This document shows, in pieces, positions 18,615 to 27,281 of a stretch of DNA of 64,000 nt (positions are counted from its first letter, which is position 1; each line of letters begins with the position of its first letter). Location of the stretch: positions 282,857-346,856 of IMG/VR virus record IMGVR_UViG_3300027759_000045, one strand, 5' to 3'. A program made the position numbers and the translations under genes. The notes beneath the pieces were generated by a model. The model ran no database searches, was not told the DNA's origin, and saw only the letters and a list, made by a program, of their open reading frames with translations.

Positions 18615-20677
18615 TGGCCGGATCATTGTCGCCACTGCAACTGCAAGCTGCTGCTGGTTTATTTCAAAATCAAGGCTACATTATTGTTGCAAATTTAACT
18701 GCCAATGTTAATGCATATAACTCAACTGCGTTGTTGACTCCTTTGATAAATGCCATCGGCAATGCAGGACCCGCCGCCGGGAATTTAACACCAGAAACAA
18801 TAGCGTCACTACAAACATTTGCCAACACCACTTGCCCTGCACTAGCCGATTCCATAGTGGCCAACATTGTAGCACCTGTATCAACCACATTGAGTAATCC
18901 TGGAATGTCCGGCATTATTACACTGACCGCAGAAGCGTACATGGGCAACGTCGATCTCAGTATATTTGCACAGAATTTTATTCAGGCAAATAGTTATTGC
19001 TCAACTGTGAATAGTTTTATCAACAGCGCAGTAAACGCCAACGATTATTTAGGTCCTACATTTACTGGCATGGACAATCTTGTCACAGCAGGCCTTACTG
19101 AGATCAATCGTGCCACGGCAGCCACGGGCGATGACTTGTACAATGCTGGTCAATACATTGATCTAGGCAATCTTGACAACTACGGAACCCCGTTGGCACT
19201 GATACAACAGATATCTCGTCGTGCTGGAACCATTAGTCCGTTGATCTCAGTATTGAGCACAGCCGGCGTGCCCGATAACATTATTCTCAATCTCAATGAT
19301 CCTGCTGTGGTAGTTACTGACACTGTGCAAAAACTTATGTATAACGCATTGCTTGGTGTCACCGGTGACGAACTTGCAAATATATTAAGAATCCTAGATG
19401 TATGGACTCCAAACATCAACACATTGGCAGACTTATTGAATCCTGCTGTGATGTTGCCCAACAGTTATCCATCGCTGACAACACCAACTGCAGATGGTCC
19501 ACGTGCTATTTACATCACTGCTCCGGTGGAACCACCTGTTGACTACGATAATTTAACCCCTGAACAGAGTCAGTTAATACTCGACGAAGAAGCTGCCGTG
19601 AGAGCAATTGATCGTCCACTGGCCTGTGAGATACGTCAAAGTGAAAATCCAGTCACTGCAGGATCCACTGCCAGTCCTGTTACAGGAGACACTTCCGGCA
19701 ACACAGGATCTGGCAATCAATACACACCCAATAGTGCATTGTTACCAGCAGTGGCCGGCGACCAAGCTGGCATAAGTTATGAGCGACTGAGCGTGATGAC
19801 AACGCCAGGACTGGCACTGGTCAACAAAGCATTATCCTGCTCACTTGACCAAGTTACCAATATTGGTCGTATGAATTTACCACAGTTGTCTGCGGCATTT
19901 TTAGCAGCCGAGACCAACAAAGGGTTGCCAGCAATCCTAGACCAGACTGCTCCATTACCAACTGCAGACGTAAGCTACTATGCAAATAGTATAGCAACAG
20001 GATCTGGCGTAAATGGAACTATATTGTTGACTGATATTCTTGGAACTCCAGCAACCCAGAATGTTGCTGACAATATTGGAAACTGTGTTGCTATTATTAA
20101 TAATTTGCAAACAGCAAATGCATTGGGTAATTTGATTACCATATACAATGGCATATACGCAAACACAATTGCGTCAGACGAGGCCAATGTATTGTTGTTG
20201 ATTCCAATAGCAGTGACTGAGATTGGAAATATTATTGCTGCCTACCCTACAGAAACGGCCAGTCTTAACACAAACTTTTCAGCAATCAGCACACAGATAA
20301 CAAAAGAAACTGAATTACAAGTTCGAGCAGGTATGGATGTTGGCAATGTACTAGGCAATAACCAATCGGCTATTATGAGTTTTGTGTCGTCGCTACCGAG
20401 TTTTGGGCTTGACACCAAAGTAGGCGGTTCAGCGCAGTATCTAGAACTTGTGGCCAACATTGATTTGTCAACTGCCAATACCATTGCTGAAACAAGTGCA
20501 GGTCAATCTACTGTGGCAGTGCTACGTGAAGGCCGCACAACAGCCGCCCTTAATGTTGCAGGTGTAGGGACATCAGCTACCACTGTGGACCCAATACCAT
20601 CAACTCCGCCTCCGCAAGCTGTGTTAAGCAGTTCTAGAATCTTTGAAAGAGAAGCGCAGAGTCAAGTAATTTATTAA
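18614..20677 (+). CDS. Large probable virion/baseplate protein (687 aa)
   Basis: Translationally coupled to PAAR; Ala/Thr/Asn-rich. Confidence 0.6.
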   Translation: MAGSLSPLQLQAAAGLFQNQGYIIVANLTANVNAYNSTALLTPLINAIGNAGPAAGNLTPETIASLQTFANTTCPALADSIVANIVAPVSTTLSNPGMSGIITLTAEAYMGNVDLSIFAQNFIQANSYCSTVNSFINSAVNANDYLGPTFTGMDNLVTAGLTEINRATAATGDDLYNAGQYIDLGNLDNYGTPLALIQQISRRAGTISPLISVLSTAGVPDNIILNLNDPAVVVTDTVQKLMYNALLGVTGDELANILRILDVWTPNINTLADLLNPAVMLPNSYPSLTTPTADGPRAIYITAPVEPPVDYDNLTPEQSQLILDEEAAVRAIDRPLACEIRQSENPVTAGSTASPVTGDTSGNTGSGNQYTPNSALLPAVAGDQAGISYERLSVMTTPGLALVNKALSCSLDQVTNIGRMNLPQLSAAFLAAETNKGLPAILDQTAPLPTADVSYYANSIATGSGVNGTILLTDILGTPATQNVADNIGNCVAIINNLQTANALGNLITIYNGIYANTIASDEANVLLLIPIAVTEIGNIIAAYPTETASLNTNFSAISTQITKETELQVRAGMDVGNVLGNNQSAIMSFVSSLPSFGLDTKVGGSAQYLELVANIDLSTANTIAETSAGQSTVAVLREGRTTAALNVAGVGTSATTVDPIPSTPPPQAVLSSSRIFEREAQSQVIY

Positions 20678-20775
20678 ATCCACCCGCCAAAGTCGGTGGA
20701 TAAATTAATCGGATGAACTTCCCATCCGTCTTGTGCCCATCGTAGTAACATCAATAATGTGTCTAAATAGTTCAT
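20674..20775 (-). CDS. Microprotein (33 aa), not in ORF track
   Basis: MNYLDTLLMLLRWAQDGWEVHPINLSTDFGGWI; ATGA overlap with the upstream gene. Confidence 0.6.
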   Translation of the reverse strand: MNYLDTLLMLLRWAQDGWEVHPINLSTDFGGWI

Positions 20776-20855
20776 TTATCAAACTCCTGCACTAGATATA
20801 CGAGAATTATTGCCCCAAATATTATAATTTGAACCGCGACTAATCCTATGTCCAT
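20772..20855 (-). CDS. Single-TM microprotein (27 aa), not in ORF track
   Basis: MDIGLVAVQIIIFGAIILVYLVQEFDK; starts 2 nt after the upstream stop. Confidence 0.6.
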   Translation of the reverse strand: MDIGLVAVQIIIFGAIILVYLVQEFDK

Positions 20856-20857
20856 GA

Positions 20858-20962
20858 TTACTTCCAATAATTGTATTTGCTGGCAGGACTTTGACGATAT
20901 TCGTGAATCATCTCTGCCCAGGCAATTAACCCGTCATACACTGTGTTGATAATTTTTTTCAT
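20858..20962 (-). CDS. Microprotein (34 aa), not in ORF track
   Basis: MKKIINTVYDGLIAWAEMIHEYRQSPASKYNYWK; ATGA overlap. Confidence 0.6.
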   Translation of the reverse strand: MKKIINTVYDGLIAWAEMIHEYRQSPASKYNYWK

Positions 20963-21126
20963 AGATAACTTCCTTGCCGGCGGTCATATTCTCTAGTCCA
21001 ATGATCTACATCAGACACATCTTGTACATTCTTGCTTGCTAAGAAGGCTTCTAACTTGTTTTGATAGTTCTGTGATGGGAACATCTCGGCTAGACGCTCA
21101 ATTAGTTTTGCTATTGTTGCTGTCAT
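20959..21126 (-). CDS. DUF3563-like small protein (55 aa), not in ORF track
   Basis: MTATIAKLIERLAEMFPSQNYQNKLEAFLASKNVQDVSDVDHWTREYDRRQGSYL; AAGGA SD; TAAATA at 21172-21177. Confidence 0.7.
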   Translation of the reverse strand: MTATIAKLIERLAEMFPSQNYQNKLEAFLASKNVQDVSDVDHWTREYDRRQGSYL

Positions 21127-21171
21127 TGCTTTTTCCTTTAGTATTGTAGAAACTCGTGGTTTCTACTGAGT

Positions 21172-21191
21172 TATTTATGTTGCGTCGCAAT
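21172..21191 (-). promoter_or_regulatory. TGC-N3-GCA palindrome fused to a late promoter
   Basis: Minus strand TTGCGACGCAACATAAATA. Confidence 0.6.
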
Positions 21192-21226
21192 ATACCTAGT
21201 GGTTTCTACTAATAAAATAGTCAAAA

Positions 21227-21252
21227 ATAAACCCACTTGAAAGTGGGTTTAT
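21227..21252. terminator. Hairpin terminator
   Basis: Perfect inverted repeat ATAAACCCACTT-ga-AAGTGGGTTTAT; T-tract on the minus strand. Confidence 0.85.
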
Positions 21253-21426
21253 GTGGTACCGTGTGTTTCGTGATACCGTTTAAGCGCCAGCATTCTGGCC
21301 ACGTATAATCTATATTGAACGTAATCGGAAAGTTCGTCGTCCGGAACTAGTTGTCCAAACTCTGCGCTTCTCCGATTACGCCCAAATTTGACTTCATCAT
21401 CTATGACAAAGTCTTCATCATCAAGA

Positions 21427-21639
21427 TTATTTCGCGGCTGGAGTAGCGGCTTTGCTGTCTGCTTTAGGTGCGTCTTTCTTAGCAGGCTCACTTTTTGCAG
21501 GCGTTGCTGTCGCAGGAGCGGCAGGGGCTGTGGCAGCAGGTTTGGCTTCTGCTTTCTTTTCTTCTTTCTTGGCAGCAGGTGCTTGAGCAAATGCAGAAAG
21601 AGCAACAGTGGTGGCGATTAAAGCGATAAGTTGTTTCAT
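21427..21639 (-). CDS. Exported Ala/Lys/Pro-rich small protein
   Basis: AAGGAG SD; signal peptide MKQLIALIATTVALSAFA-Q. Confidence 0.8.
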   Translation of the reverse strand: MKQLIALIATTVALSAFAQAPAAKKEEKKAEAKPAATAPAAPATATPAKSEPAKKDAPKADSKAATPAAK

Positions 21640-21715
21640 GGTATCTCCTTGATTAGAAACTGTAGACCTGGACTTTCCTGGCTACACATATATAACGCCA
21701 CAGCCTGCACATCGG

Positions 21716-21744
21716 TTGACACAGAATTGGTATTTTGTTATAAT
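21716..21744 (+). promoter_or_regulatory. sigma70 early promoter P1
   Basis: TTGACA-17 bp-TATAAT. Confidence 0.85.
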
Positions 21745-21772
21745 TTGGGCATATAGTAAAAAAAAGGCACAT

Positions 21773-22174
21773 ATGGAATTGCACGTTGAAGCCGGACCCA
21801 AAACCAAACGCTACATTGAAGCACTGGTTCCCAGCATGTTGGCCCAGCTTGGACTTGCTAAAAATCAAAAATTGCTGATGATCAAAGTGGACCCTGATCT
21901 AGATGAATTGGGCACCACAATTCCCTTGACAGGAATTGACACTTACTTGGTGGTGTTAAAACCCACTAGAGATCTGTATGCCCTGGGCGTTACCCTGGCC
22001 CATGAGCTGGTGCATGTACGACAGATGGCTAGAGGCATACTAAAAATCATGCCAAAAGGCAAAAAATGGCGGGGCAAATACTATGGCAGAAATGTGGCAT
22101 ATTTACAACAGCCCTGGGAATTAGATGCCTTTGCCCGGCAAGAAATTGTGTTTCGCAGAGCAATTGAGTTGTGA
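21773..22174 (+). CDS. Zincin-like metallopeptidase
   Basis: LAHELVHVRQ (HExxH), PWELDA; start at MELHVE after an AAGG SD. Confidence 0.75.
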   Translation: MELHVEAGPKTKRYIEALVPSMLAQLGLAKNQKLLMIKVDPDLDELGTTIPLTGIDTYLVVLKPTRDLYALGVTLAHELVHVRQMARGILKIMPKGKKWRGKYYGRNVAYLQQPWELDAFARQEIVFRRAIEL

Positions 22175-22180
22175 TTTCGG

Positions 22181-22209
22181 TTGACCAATAATTCCCGAAC
22201 TGCTATAAT
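22181..22209 (+). promoter_or_regulatory. sigma70 early promoter P2
   Basis: TTGACC-aataattcccgaactgc-TATAAT. Confidence 0.85.
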
Positions 22210-22215
22210 CATAGT

Positions 22216-22449
22216 ATGAAATTAGATACAAATGAAATTTTGCAGTGGGCCGGGGCTATTTTTATAGTAGCAGGCCATAGCCTAAATGCAGTGGGTCCAA
22301 CAGCCCATCCTTACAATATCCTTACATTTTTTATTGGGACTATTTTGTTCCTGATCTGGACTGTGCGTGTTGCAAATAAACCACAGATGTTTGTAAATCT
22401 TGTAAGTGTTGCAATTGGGCTGATTGGGCTGATAAAAGCCATTGGTTGA
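22216..22449 (+). CDS. Small multi-TM membrane protein
   Basis: Three hydrophobic segments; ATG 6 nt after the -10 box. Confidence 0.75.
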   Translation: MKLDTNEILQWAGAIFIVAGHSLNAVGPTAHPYNILTFFIGTILFLIWTVRVANKPQMFVNLVSVAIGLIGLIKAIG

Positions 22450-22474
22450 CCGAATATTGCCCTTTTGCTATAAT
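22446..22474 (+). promoter_or_regulatory. sigma70 early promoter P3
   Basis: TTGACC-gaatattgcccttttgc-TATAAT. Confidence 0.85.
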
Positions 22475-22504
22475 ATAGCATAGTTTAACAAAAAGGAGCC
22501 AAAA

Positions 22505-22834
22505 ATGACTTTAAGATACGAAACAGTTGGTGAAATGATTACTCAAAACGAACAAGAAAAATCAATCCGCGTCGCGGTTGGACGAGACATGCAACGTCAA
22601 CGTGAAATTGGCATGTATGGCATCACCGAAGCTGACATGTGTGAAAACATCGAATCTTCGATCACATTCAAAACTTCGGGTCCTGCAATGATTGTGGCCA
22701 GCTTGATGAGTGATGCACAAGAGATGATGGCTTACGAAAAGCCCAATTCCCGCACTATTGAAGCTCAGCGTCAACTGCTCAATCGTGCTAAATTTGTCTT
22801 GTTTACCTACATCATGGACAAACAAAACGGTTGA
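22505..22834 (+). CDS. Hypothetical early protein (109 aa)
   Basis: AAGGAG SD. Confidence 0.75.
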   Translation: MTLRYETVGEMITQNEQEKSIRVAVGRDMQRQREIGMYGITEADMCENIESSITFKTSGPAMIVASLMSDAQEMMAYEKPNSRTIEAQRQLLNRAKFVLFTYIMDKQNG

Positions 22835-22859
22835 CCCGAAATTCCCAAACTGTTATAAT
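22831..22859 (+). promoter_or_regulatory. sigma70 early promoter P4
   Basis: TTGACC-cgaaattcccaaactgt-TATAAT. Confidence 0.85.
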
Positions 22860-22889
22860 ACTTGTATAGAAACTAAAAAGGATTCCGAA

Positions 22890-23243
22890 ATGACAGCAAT
22901 AGCAACACAGATCACAGAGCAGTTGGTACAAGATGCAACCAATGAAGCAGGCATTCAGGCACGTACAGCGGCCAAGGCATTCCACGCCAAACATGGCGAT
23001 CGTGATGCTTGTGGATTTGCTTGGGTCAATGTGTTTGGCGTTCGCTCAAACTCAAAATTGGGCAAGTGGTTGCAGGCCGCAGGCTTCCGTAAGGACTACA
23101 CAGGTGCATTGAGCCTGTGGAACCCCAGTGGCTTCCCAACACAGAGCATCAGCATTTTGGAAGCAGGTGCAGAAGCCTATGCCGAAGTACTGAAGACCAA
23201 ACTGGGCCTGACACAGGTCTACGCCGGAAGCAGATTAGATTGA
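22890..23243 (+). CDS. Hypothetical early protein
   Basis: AAGGA SD before MTAIATQ; CGFAWV motif. Confidence 0.75.
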   Translation: MTAIATQITEQLVQDATNEAGIQARTAAKAFHAKHGDRDACGFAWVNVFGVRSNSKLGKWLQAAGFRKDYTGALSLWNPSGFPTQSISILEAGAEAYAEVLKTKLGLTQVYAGSRLD

Positions 23244-23272
23244 TTGACCGATAATTCCCAAACTGCTATAAT
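23244..23272 (+). promoter_or_regulatory. sigma70 early promoter P5
   Basis: TTGACC-gataattcccaaactgc-TATAAT. Confidence 0.85.
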
Positions 23273-23301
23273 ATACACATAGTAAGAAAAAAGGAAAAAA
23301 G

Positions 23302-23502
23302 ATGTCAAGTTTTGCCGAAGATGTATTTGCAATTAATCCCAATATCACAGCAGAGAATGATGTTCTTGCACTAGGGTTTGAGGTTGTAAAAAAAGCACAA
23401 GGACTCAAGTCCGCCCGGTACTATTTTTGGTACCATGAAGATTTCCCTTCAGATTTAATTAATGAATATTTTTGGTTGCAACAACAGAAAGAGGTAGCGT
23501 AA
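23302..23502 (+). CDS. Hypothetical early protein (66 aa)
   Basis: AAGGA SD. Confidence 0.7.
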   Translation: MSSFAEDVFAINPNITAENDVLALGFEVVKKAQGLKSARYYFWYHEDFPSDLINEYFWLQQQKEVA

Positions 23503-23503
23503 A

Positions 23504-23980
23504 ATGGGTACACGTTCAAGAATTGGTGTCATGCACGGCGACGTTTGTAAATCAGTCTACTGTCACTGGGACGGCTATCTGGACCACAATGGTGTAATAT
23601 TGCAAGAGCACTATTATGACAGTGCCAAAGCCAACCACCTGGTGTCACTGGGCGACATTTCTTCTTTGGCTCGCAACATTGACTTTCCAGATGGCGAGTT
23701 TCATACTTTTGGTTCTCCTATGGAAAATGTAACTGTGTTTTACGGTCGTGACCGTGATGAAGACGGCACAGATTTTGCAACAGATCATACCTTTGAAGCG
23801 TTCTTTGAACGTGCCAAAAATTGCGGTGCAGAGTGGTATTACATTATGAAAGATGGTGTATGGTACGTGGGCAATACACATGAAAATGACGCCCGGTATT
23901 ACCAAAAGTTGGTGTTGTTATTGAAGGCCTTAGTGGACGAAATGGAAGTCAGCAAGACCTGGGACTCAGTTGACCTGTAA
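23504..23980 (+). CDS. Phage early protein (YCHWDGY motif)
   Basis: MGTRSRIG..YCHWDGY; GAGG SD. Confidence 0.75.
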   Translation: MGTRSRIGVMHGDVCKSVYCHWDGYLDHNGVILQEHYYDSAKANHLVSLGDISSLARNIDFPDGEFHTFGSPMENVTVFYGRDRDEDGTDFATDHTFEAFFERAKNCGAEWYYIMKDGVWYVGNTHENDARYYQKLVLLLKALVDEMEVSKTWDSVDL

Positions 23981-23998
23981 TTCCCAAACTGCTATAAT
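23970..23998 (+). promoter_or_regulatory. sigma70 early promoter P6
   Basis: TTGACC-tgtaattcccaaactgc-TATAAT. Confidence 0.85.
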
Positions 23999-24029
23999 AC
24001 ACACATAGTAAACGAAACAGGAGCCTGAG

Positions 24030-24302
24030 ATGGATATCAAAGAAATTAACTCTGCAATTATGTTTGGTAATTTGACCAATGATCAGTTGTCCAGTGTGAT
24101 TGATGCAGTGAAGTTTGCCCGAGCGCAACTGACCCAACAAAAGAAACGCAGTTTCTCAATCGGCGACAAGGTAAAGTTTACCAGCAATCGCAATGGATTG
24201 ACATACGTTGGCAACGTTCGTAAAGTTAAAATTAAATTTGTGCTGGTTAGTACGCCAGGCGGTGTGTTCAATGTGCCAGCCAACATGTTGGAGACAGCAT
24301 GA
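24030..24302 (+). CDS. Hypothetical early protein, SH3-like C-terminus
   Basis: AGGAG SD; FSIGDKVKF..GNVRKV. Confidence 0.75.
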   Translation: MDIKEINSAIMFGNLTNDQLSSVIDAVKFARAQLTQQKKRSFSIGDKVKFTSNRNGLTYVGNVRKVKIKFVLVSTPGGVFNVPANMLETA

Positions 24303-24478
24303 ACAACAAGATCTTCAGTTACAAAATGCAGATGCAACTGACCGAACAAGAACTGGCCCAGTTCCGTGCCGCGTTTGCCGAGTTACAAAATGAAGTAACA
24401 GAAATATTCTTAGAAACAGAACAGCACAATGGCTTTCAAGCCGCCAATAAAGTGATCAATCGTGTTCGGAACAGGTAA
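24299..24478 (+). CDS. Hypothetical protein (59 aa), not in ORF track
   Basis: MNNKIFSYKMQMQLTEQELAQFRAAF..; ATGA overlap and GGAG SD. Confidence 0.65.
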   Translation: MNNKIFSYKMQMQLTEQELAQFRAAFAELQNEVTEIFLETEQHNGFQAANKVINRVRNR

Positions 24479-24520
24479 GTGCCCGCACCTAGTTTCCGTC
24501 AACAAATCAGGAGAAAGACA

Positions 24521-24943
24521 ATGGGACTTGACATGTATGCATACGTGGCCGCAAAGGAAGGCCAACAACGTGAGTTTTATGAGAGTGCCGAATTTGATGA
24601 TGATACCAAAGATTTTGTTAACAAGACAGTAGAACAGCCTCGTGAGATTGCTTACTGGCGCAAGCATCCTAATCTGCATGGCTGGATGGAACAACTTTGG
24701 AAAAGTCGCAATGGCGGCAACTGTGATGGCAGCAACTTCAACGGCATTGAGTTAGAACTTACATGGGCGGATCTTGAAGCACTTGAACTGGATGTCATTG
24801 CTGGCACACTGCCCAGTACGTCAGGTTTCTTTTTTGGCAATGAAGCAGATGAACACTATCGAGAACAAGATCTCAAGTTTGTCCGCGACGCTCGTGCAGA
24901 ATTGTTTTGTGGATTGAAAGTATTTTACAATAGTAGTTGGTAA
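24521..24943 (+). CDS. Phage early protein (GLDMY/YWRKH motifs)
   Basis: AGGAG SD before MGLDMYAY. Confidence 0.75.
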   Translation: MGLDMYAYVAAKEGQQREFYESAEFDDDTKDFVNKTVEQPREIAYWRKHPNLHGWMEQLWKSRNGGNCDGSNFNGIELELTWADLEALELDVIAGTLPSTSGFFFGNEADEHYREQDLKFVRDARAELFCGLKVFYNSSW

Positions 24944-24949
24944 CATCAT

Positions 24950-25375
24950 ATGAAAATTGGACTTAGTTATAGCCGTTGCGTTCTAGACATTGTCGAAGGT
25001 CGTGTGGCCATTGAAGATGTGCTGGTATTAATCACTCGTACAGATTTTAATCCATGTGATGACGAACAGTGGGCAGGGATCTGGGATGGATACACCTTGG
25101 GTAGATTAAGCAATCCTGAATGGGGTCACTATGACTTTAACAGCAAGGACGACGAGGACAAGTTCCGTAGTGTGAGCTGTATGCTGTACGAAGATGGCAG
25201 AATGCATCAGCCTCGACAGTTTGGAGCTCGCCCAAGACGTCGACCCGAAATCTGGTTGGAAACAGTATTGCCTGACAGTGAGCTGGAATCTCGACCCGCT
25301 GTGAAAGATGCCTGGGATCAGTTTCAAACTCTAGCCGGTTTGACCAATGTCAAGCTAGACCGAGAATATCAATGA
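24950..25375 (+). CDS. Hypothetical protein (141 aa)
   Basis: ORF track; operon packing. Confidence 0.7.
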   Translation: MKIGLSYSRCVLDIVEGRVAIEDVLVLITRTDFNPCDDEQWAGIWDGYTLGRLSNPEWGHYDFNSKDDEDKFRSVSCMLYEDGRMHQPRQFGARPRRRPEIWLETVLPDSELESRPAVKDAWDQFQTLAGLTNVKLDREYQ

Positions 25376-25836
25376 AGAAAATCTATTACGAAAAAAAAGG
25401 CCGCAGGTATGTGCCTGTGAGTGAGTACGACAGCGAGTACTTGGACAGTTTCTCTCGAGGCACACATCTTGTAATGTGCTATCCGGGCGGACAGAGTCGT
25501 CGTTTCAATATTGATCCTGCTTATGCTCCTATGATTGCCGCTGGCCGTGTTGCTGAAGAAGCTATCTGCGAGGTGATTCGCAAAGTTAGCGAACTACGTC
25601 CACAACAAACTCCTATCACTCTGGGACAAAAGAAAGCCTGGGAGAAATTGGCCAAAGAATTTGGCAGCGAACTTGCCACATTGTCTGGGCTATGCATACG
25701 TGACTGTGCCGAAGCAGGGGTCAAGGCCATGCAGGCAGAAGCTGACAAATTGATGAAGCACGAAAGTGTTCGAGTGGCATATGAGCAATTCCTATTGGTA
25801 TGTAAACTAACACAATCTGACTCAGAACGAAAATAA
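25372..25836 (+). CDS. Hypothetical protein (154 aa)
   Basis: ATGA overlap. Confidence 0.7.
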   Translation: MKKIYYEKKGRRYVPVSEYDSEYLDSFSRGTHLVMCYPGGQSRRFNIDPAYAPMIAAGRVAEEAICEVIRKVSELRPQQTPITLGQKKAWEKLAKEFGSELATLSGLCIRDCAEAGVKAMQAEADKLMKHESVRVAYEQFLLVCKLTQSDSERK

Positions 25837-25840
25837 ATAT

Positions 25841-27214
25841 ATGAATGAAACAAACTTCTCAGACCCAAGGTTTGCGGGCACAATGGTAACAGGTTGGATT
25901 CATGACCTGGAAAGCTCGGACAGTCGAATACACAAAGAAAAAACTATTGAAAAGGCATTGGTAGCCGCCCAGTTGGGCAGTTCTGATGCACAGGCCTTCT
26001 TGTTCAATTGTTATCAGGCCTACAACCCTTTTTATGTGTTTGGCATCCGACAAGTGCCCGAGACTGAGGGCTTAACTGGTCAATCAAATCCATGGCCTAA
26101 GTTTTGGGCGTTGTTGGAAAGTCTACGTACCCGTAGCGTCACAGGTAATCGAGCACGTGAGGCCATTGATGAATGTAGCCAACAGTTTGACAGTGAAGAA
26201 TGGAACAACGTATGTCGTCGTGTCATTATTAAAGACCTGCGTTGTGGGATATCAGAGAAGACACTGAACAAAGTTCTGGGCCGAACTGAATGGAAGATCC
26301 CGGTGTTCAGTTGCCAACTGGCACAGGACAGTACAGACCATCCTAAGAAACTTCGAGGCATCAAACGTCTGGAAGTCAAGCTGGATGGTGTGCGTGTGTT
26401 GGCAGTTGTGAATGGATCTGCGTGTACATTGTACAGCCGTAATGGCAAAGAGTTTGAGAACTTCCCACAGATTGCAGACTTTATTGAAGAACATCGCAAA
26501 GCATTCCAACGTGATTCTGCCTTTGGCGGACAGTTTGTGTTGGATGGTGAGATTGTGGGCAAGAATTTCCAGGACTTGATGAAACAAGCACAACGCAAAC
26601 GAGATGCCAAAACCACAGACATGATTTATCATGTATTTGATATCTTGCCACTGAGTGAGTTCCGCGATGGTTTCTGTAATCTACAGCAACACAACCGTAT
26701 CGATCTGTTGAAACGTACACAAACACACCTGCCAGAATCTGGCTGTGTGCAGATCATGCCCGGCATGGATGTGGACTTGGACACAGCCGAAGGACATGAT
26801 GTCATGCGCAGGTTTGCCGAAGCCAGTGTGGAAGAAGGCTACGAAGGTATCATGATCAAAAGCATGGATGCGCCATATGAGTGCCGACGCAGTGACTTTT
26901 GGATGAAATGGAAACCCACAATCACAGTTGATCTCAATATTGTAGGTTTTGAAGAAGGAACTGGTCGCAATCAGGGCCGGTTGGGTGCTATAATATGTGA
27001 AGGAGTTGATAATGACAGAAATATTCGTGTTAATGTTGGTAGCGGTTTGTCTGATAGCAATCGCGATGAGTATTGGGCCGCTCGCGATGAGCTTCTTGCT
27101 CGGGTGGTTGAGGTTGAAGCGGACGCAGTTACTCAAAACCAAGACGGATCATACAGTTTGAGATTTCCTCGCTTTGTGCGATTCCGTGGATTTGAACCAG
27201 GAGAGAAATTGTGA
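25841..27214 (+). CDS. lig: ATP-dependent DNA ligase
   Basis: EVKLDGVR, LDGEI, EGIMIK, WMKWKP, OB-domain SLRFPRF. Confidence 0.95.
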   Translation: MNETNFSDPRFAGTMVTGWIHDLESSDSRIHKEKTIEKALVAAQLGSSDAQAFLFNCYQAYNPFYVFGIRQVPETEGLTGQSNPWPKFWALLESLRTRSVTGNRAREAIDECSQQFDSEEWNNVCRRVIIKDLRCGISEKTLNKVLGRTEWKIPVFSCQLAQDSTDHPKKLRGIKRLEVKLDGVRVLAVVNGSACTLYSRNGKEFENFPQIADFIEEHRKAFQRDSAFGGQFVLDGEIVGKNFQDLMKQAQRKRDAKTTDMIYHVFDILPLSEFRDGFCNLQQHNRIDLLKRTQTHLPESGCVQIMPGMDVDLDTAEGHDVMRRFAEASVEEGYEGIMIKSMDAPYECRRSDFWMKWKPTITVDLNIVGFEEGTGRNQGRLGAIICEGVDNDRNIRVNVGSGLSDSNRDEYWAARDELLARVVEVEADAVTQNQDGSYSLRFPRFVRFRGFEPGEKL

Positions 27215-27281
27215 AGGTACACCAAAAGTATTGACATATTAAACAGATTGTTATATACTACATGTTATTAAGGAAAACATC

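Noticed and set aside
21713-24000. Regularly recurring 30-bp repeats as a CRISPR array
   Set aside because: The repeats are degenerate -35/-10 promoters separated by whole genes of 250-700 bp, not 30-40-bp spacers; no cas genes are present
25834-25839. TAAATA before the DNA ligase as a late promoter
   Set aside because: It is only 1 nt from the ATG and includes the upstream stop codon, so it may be incidental
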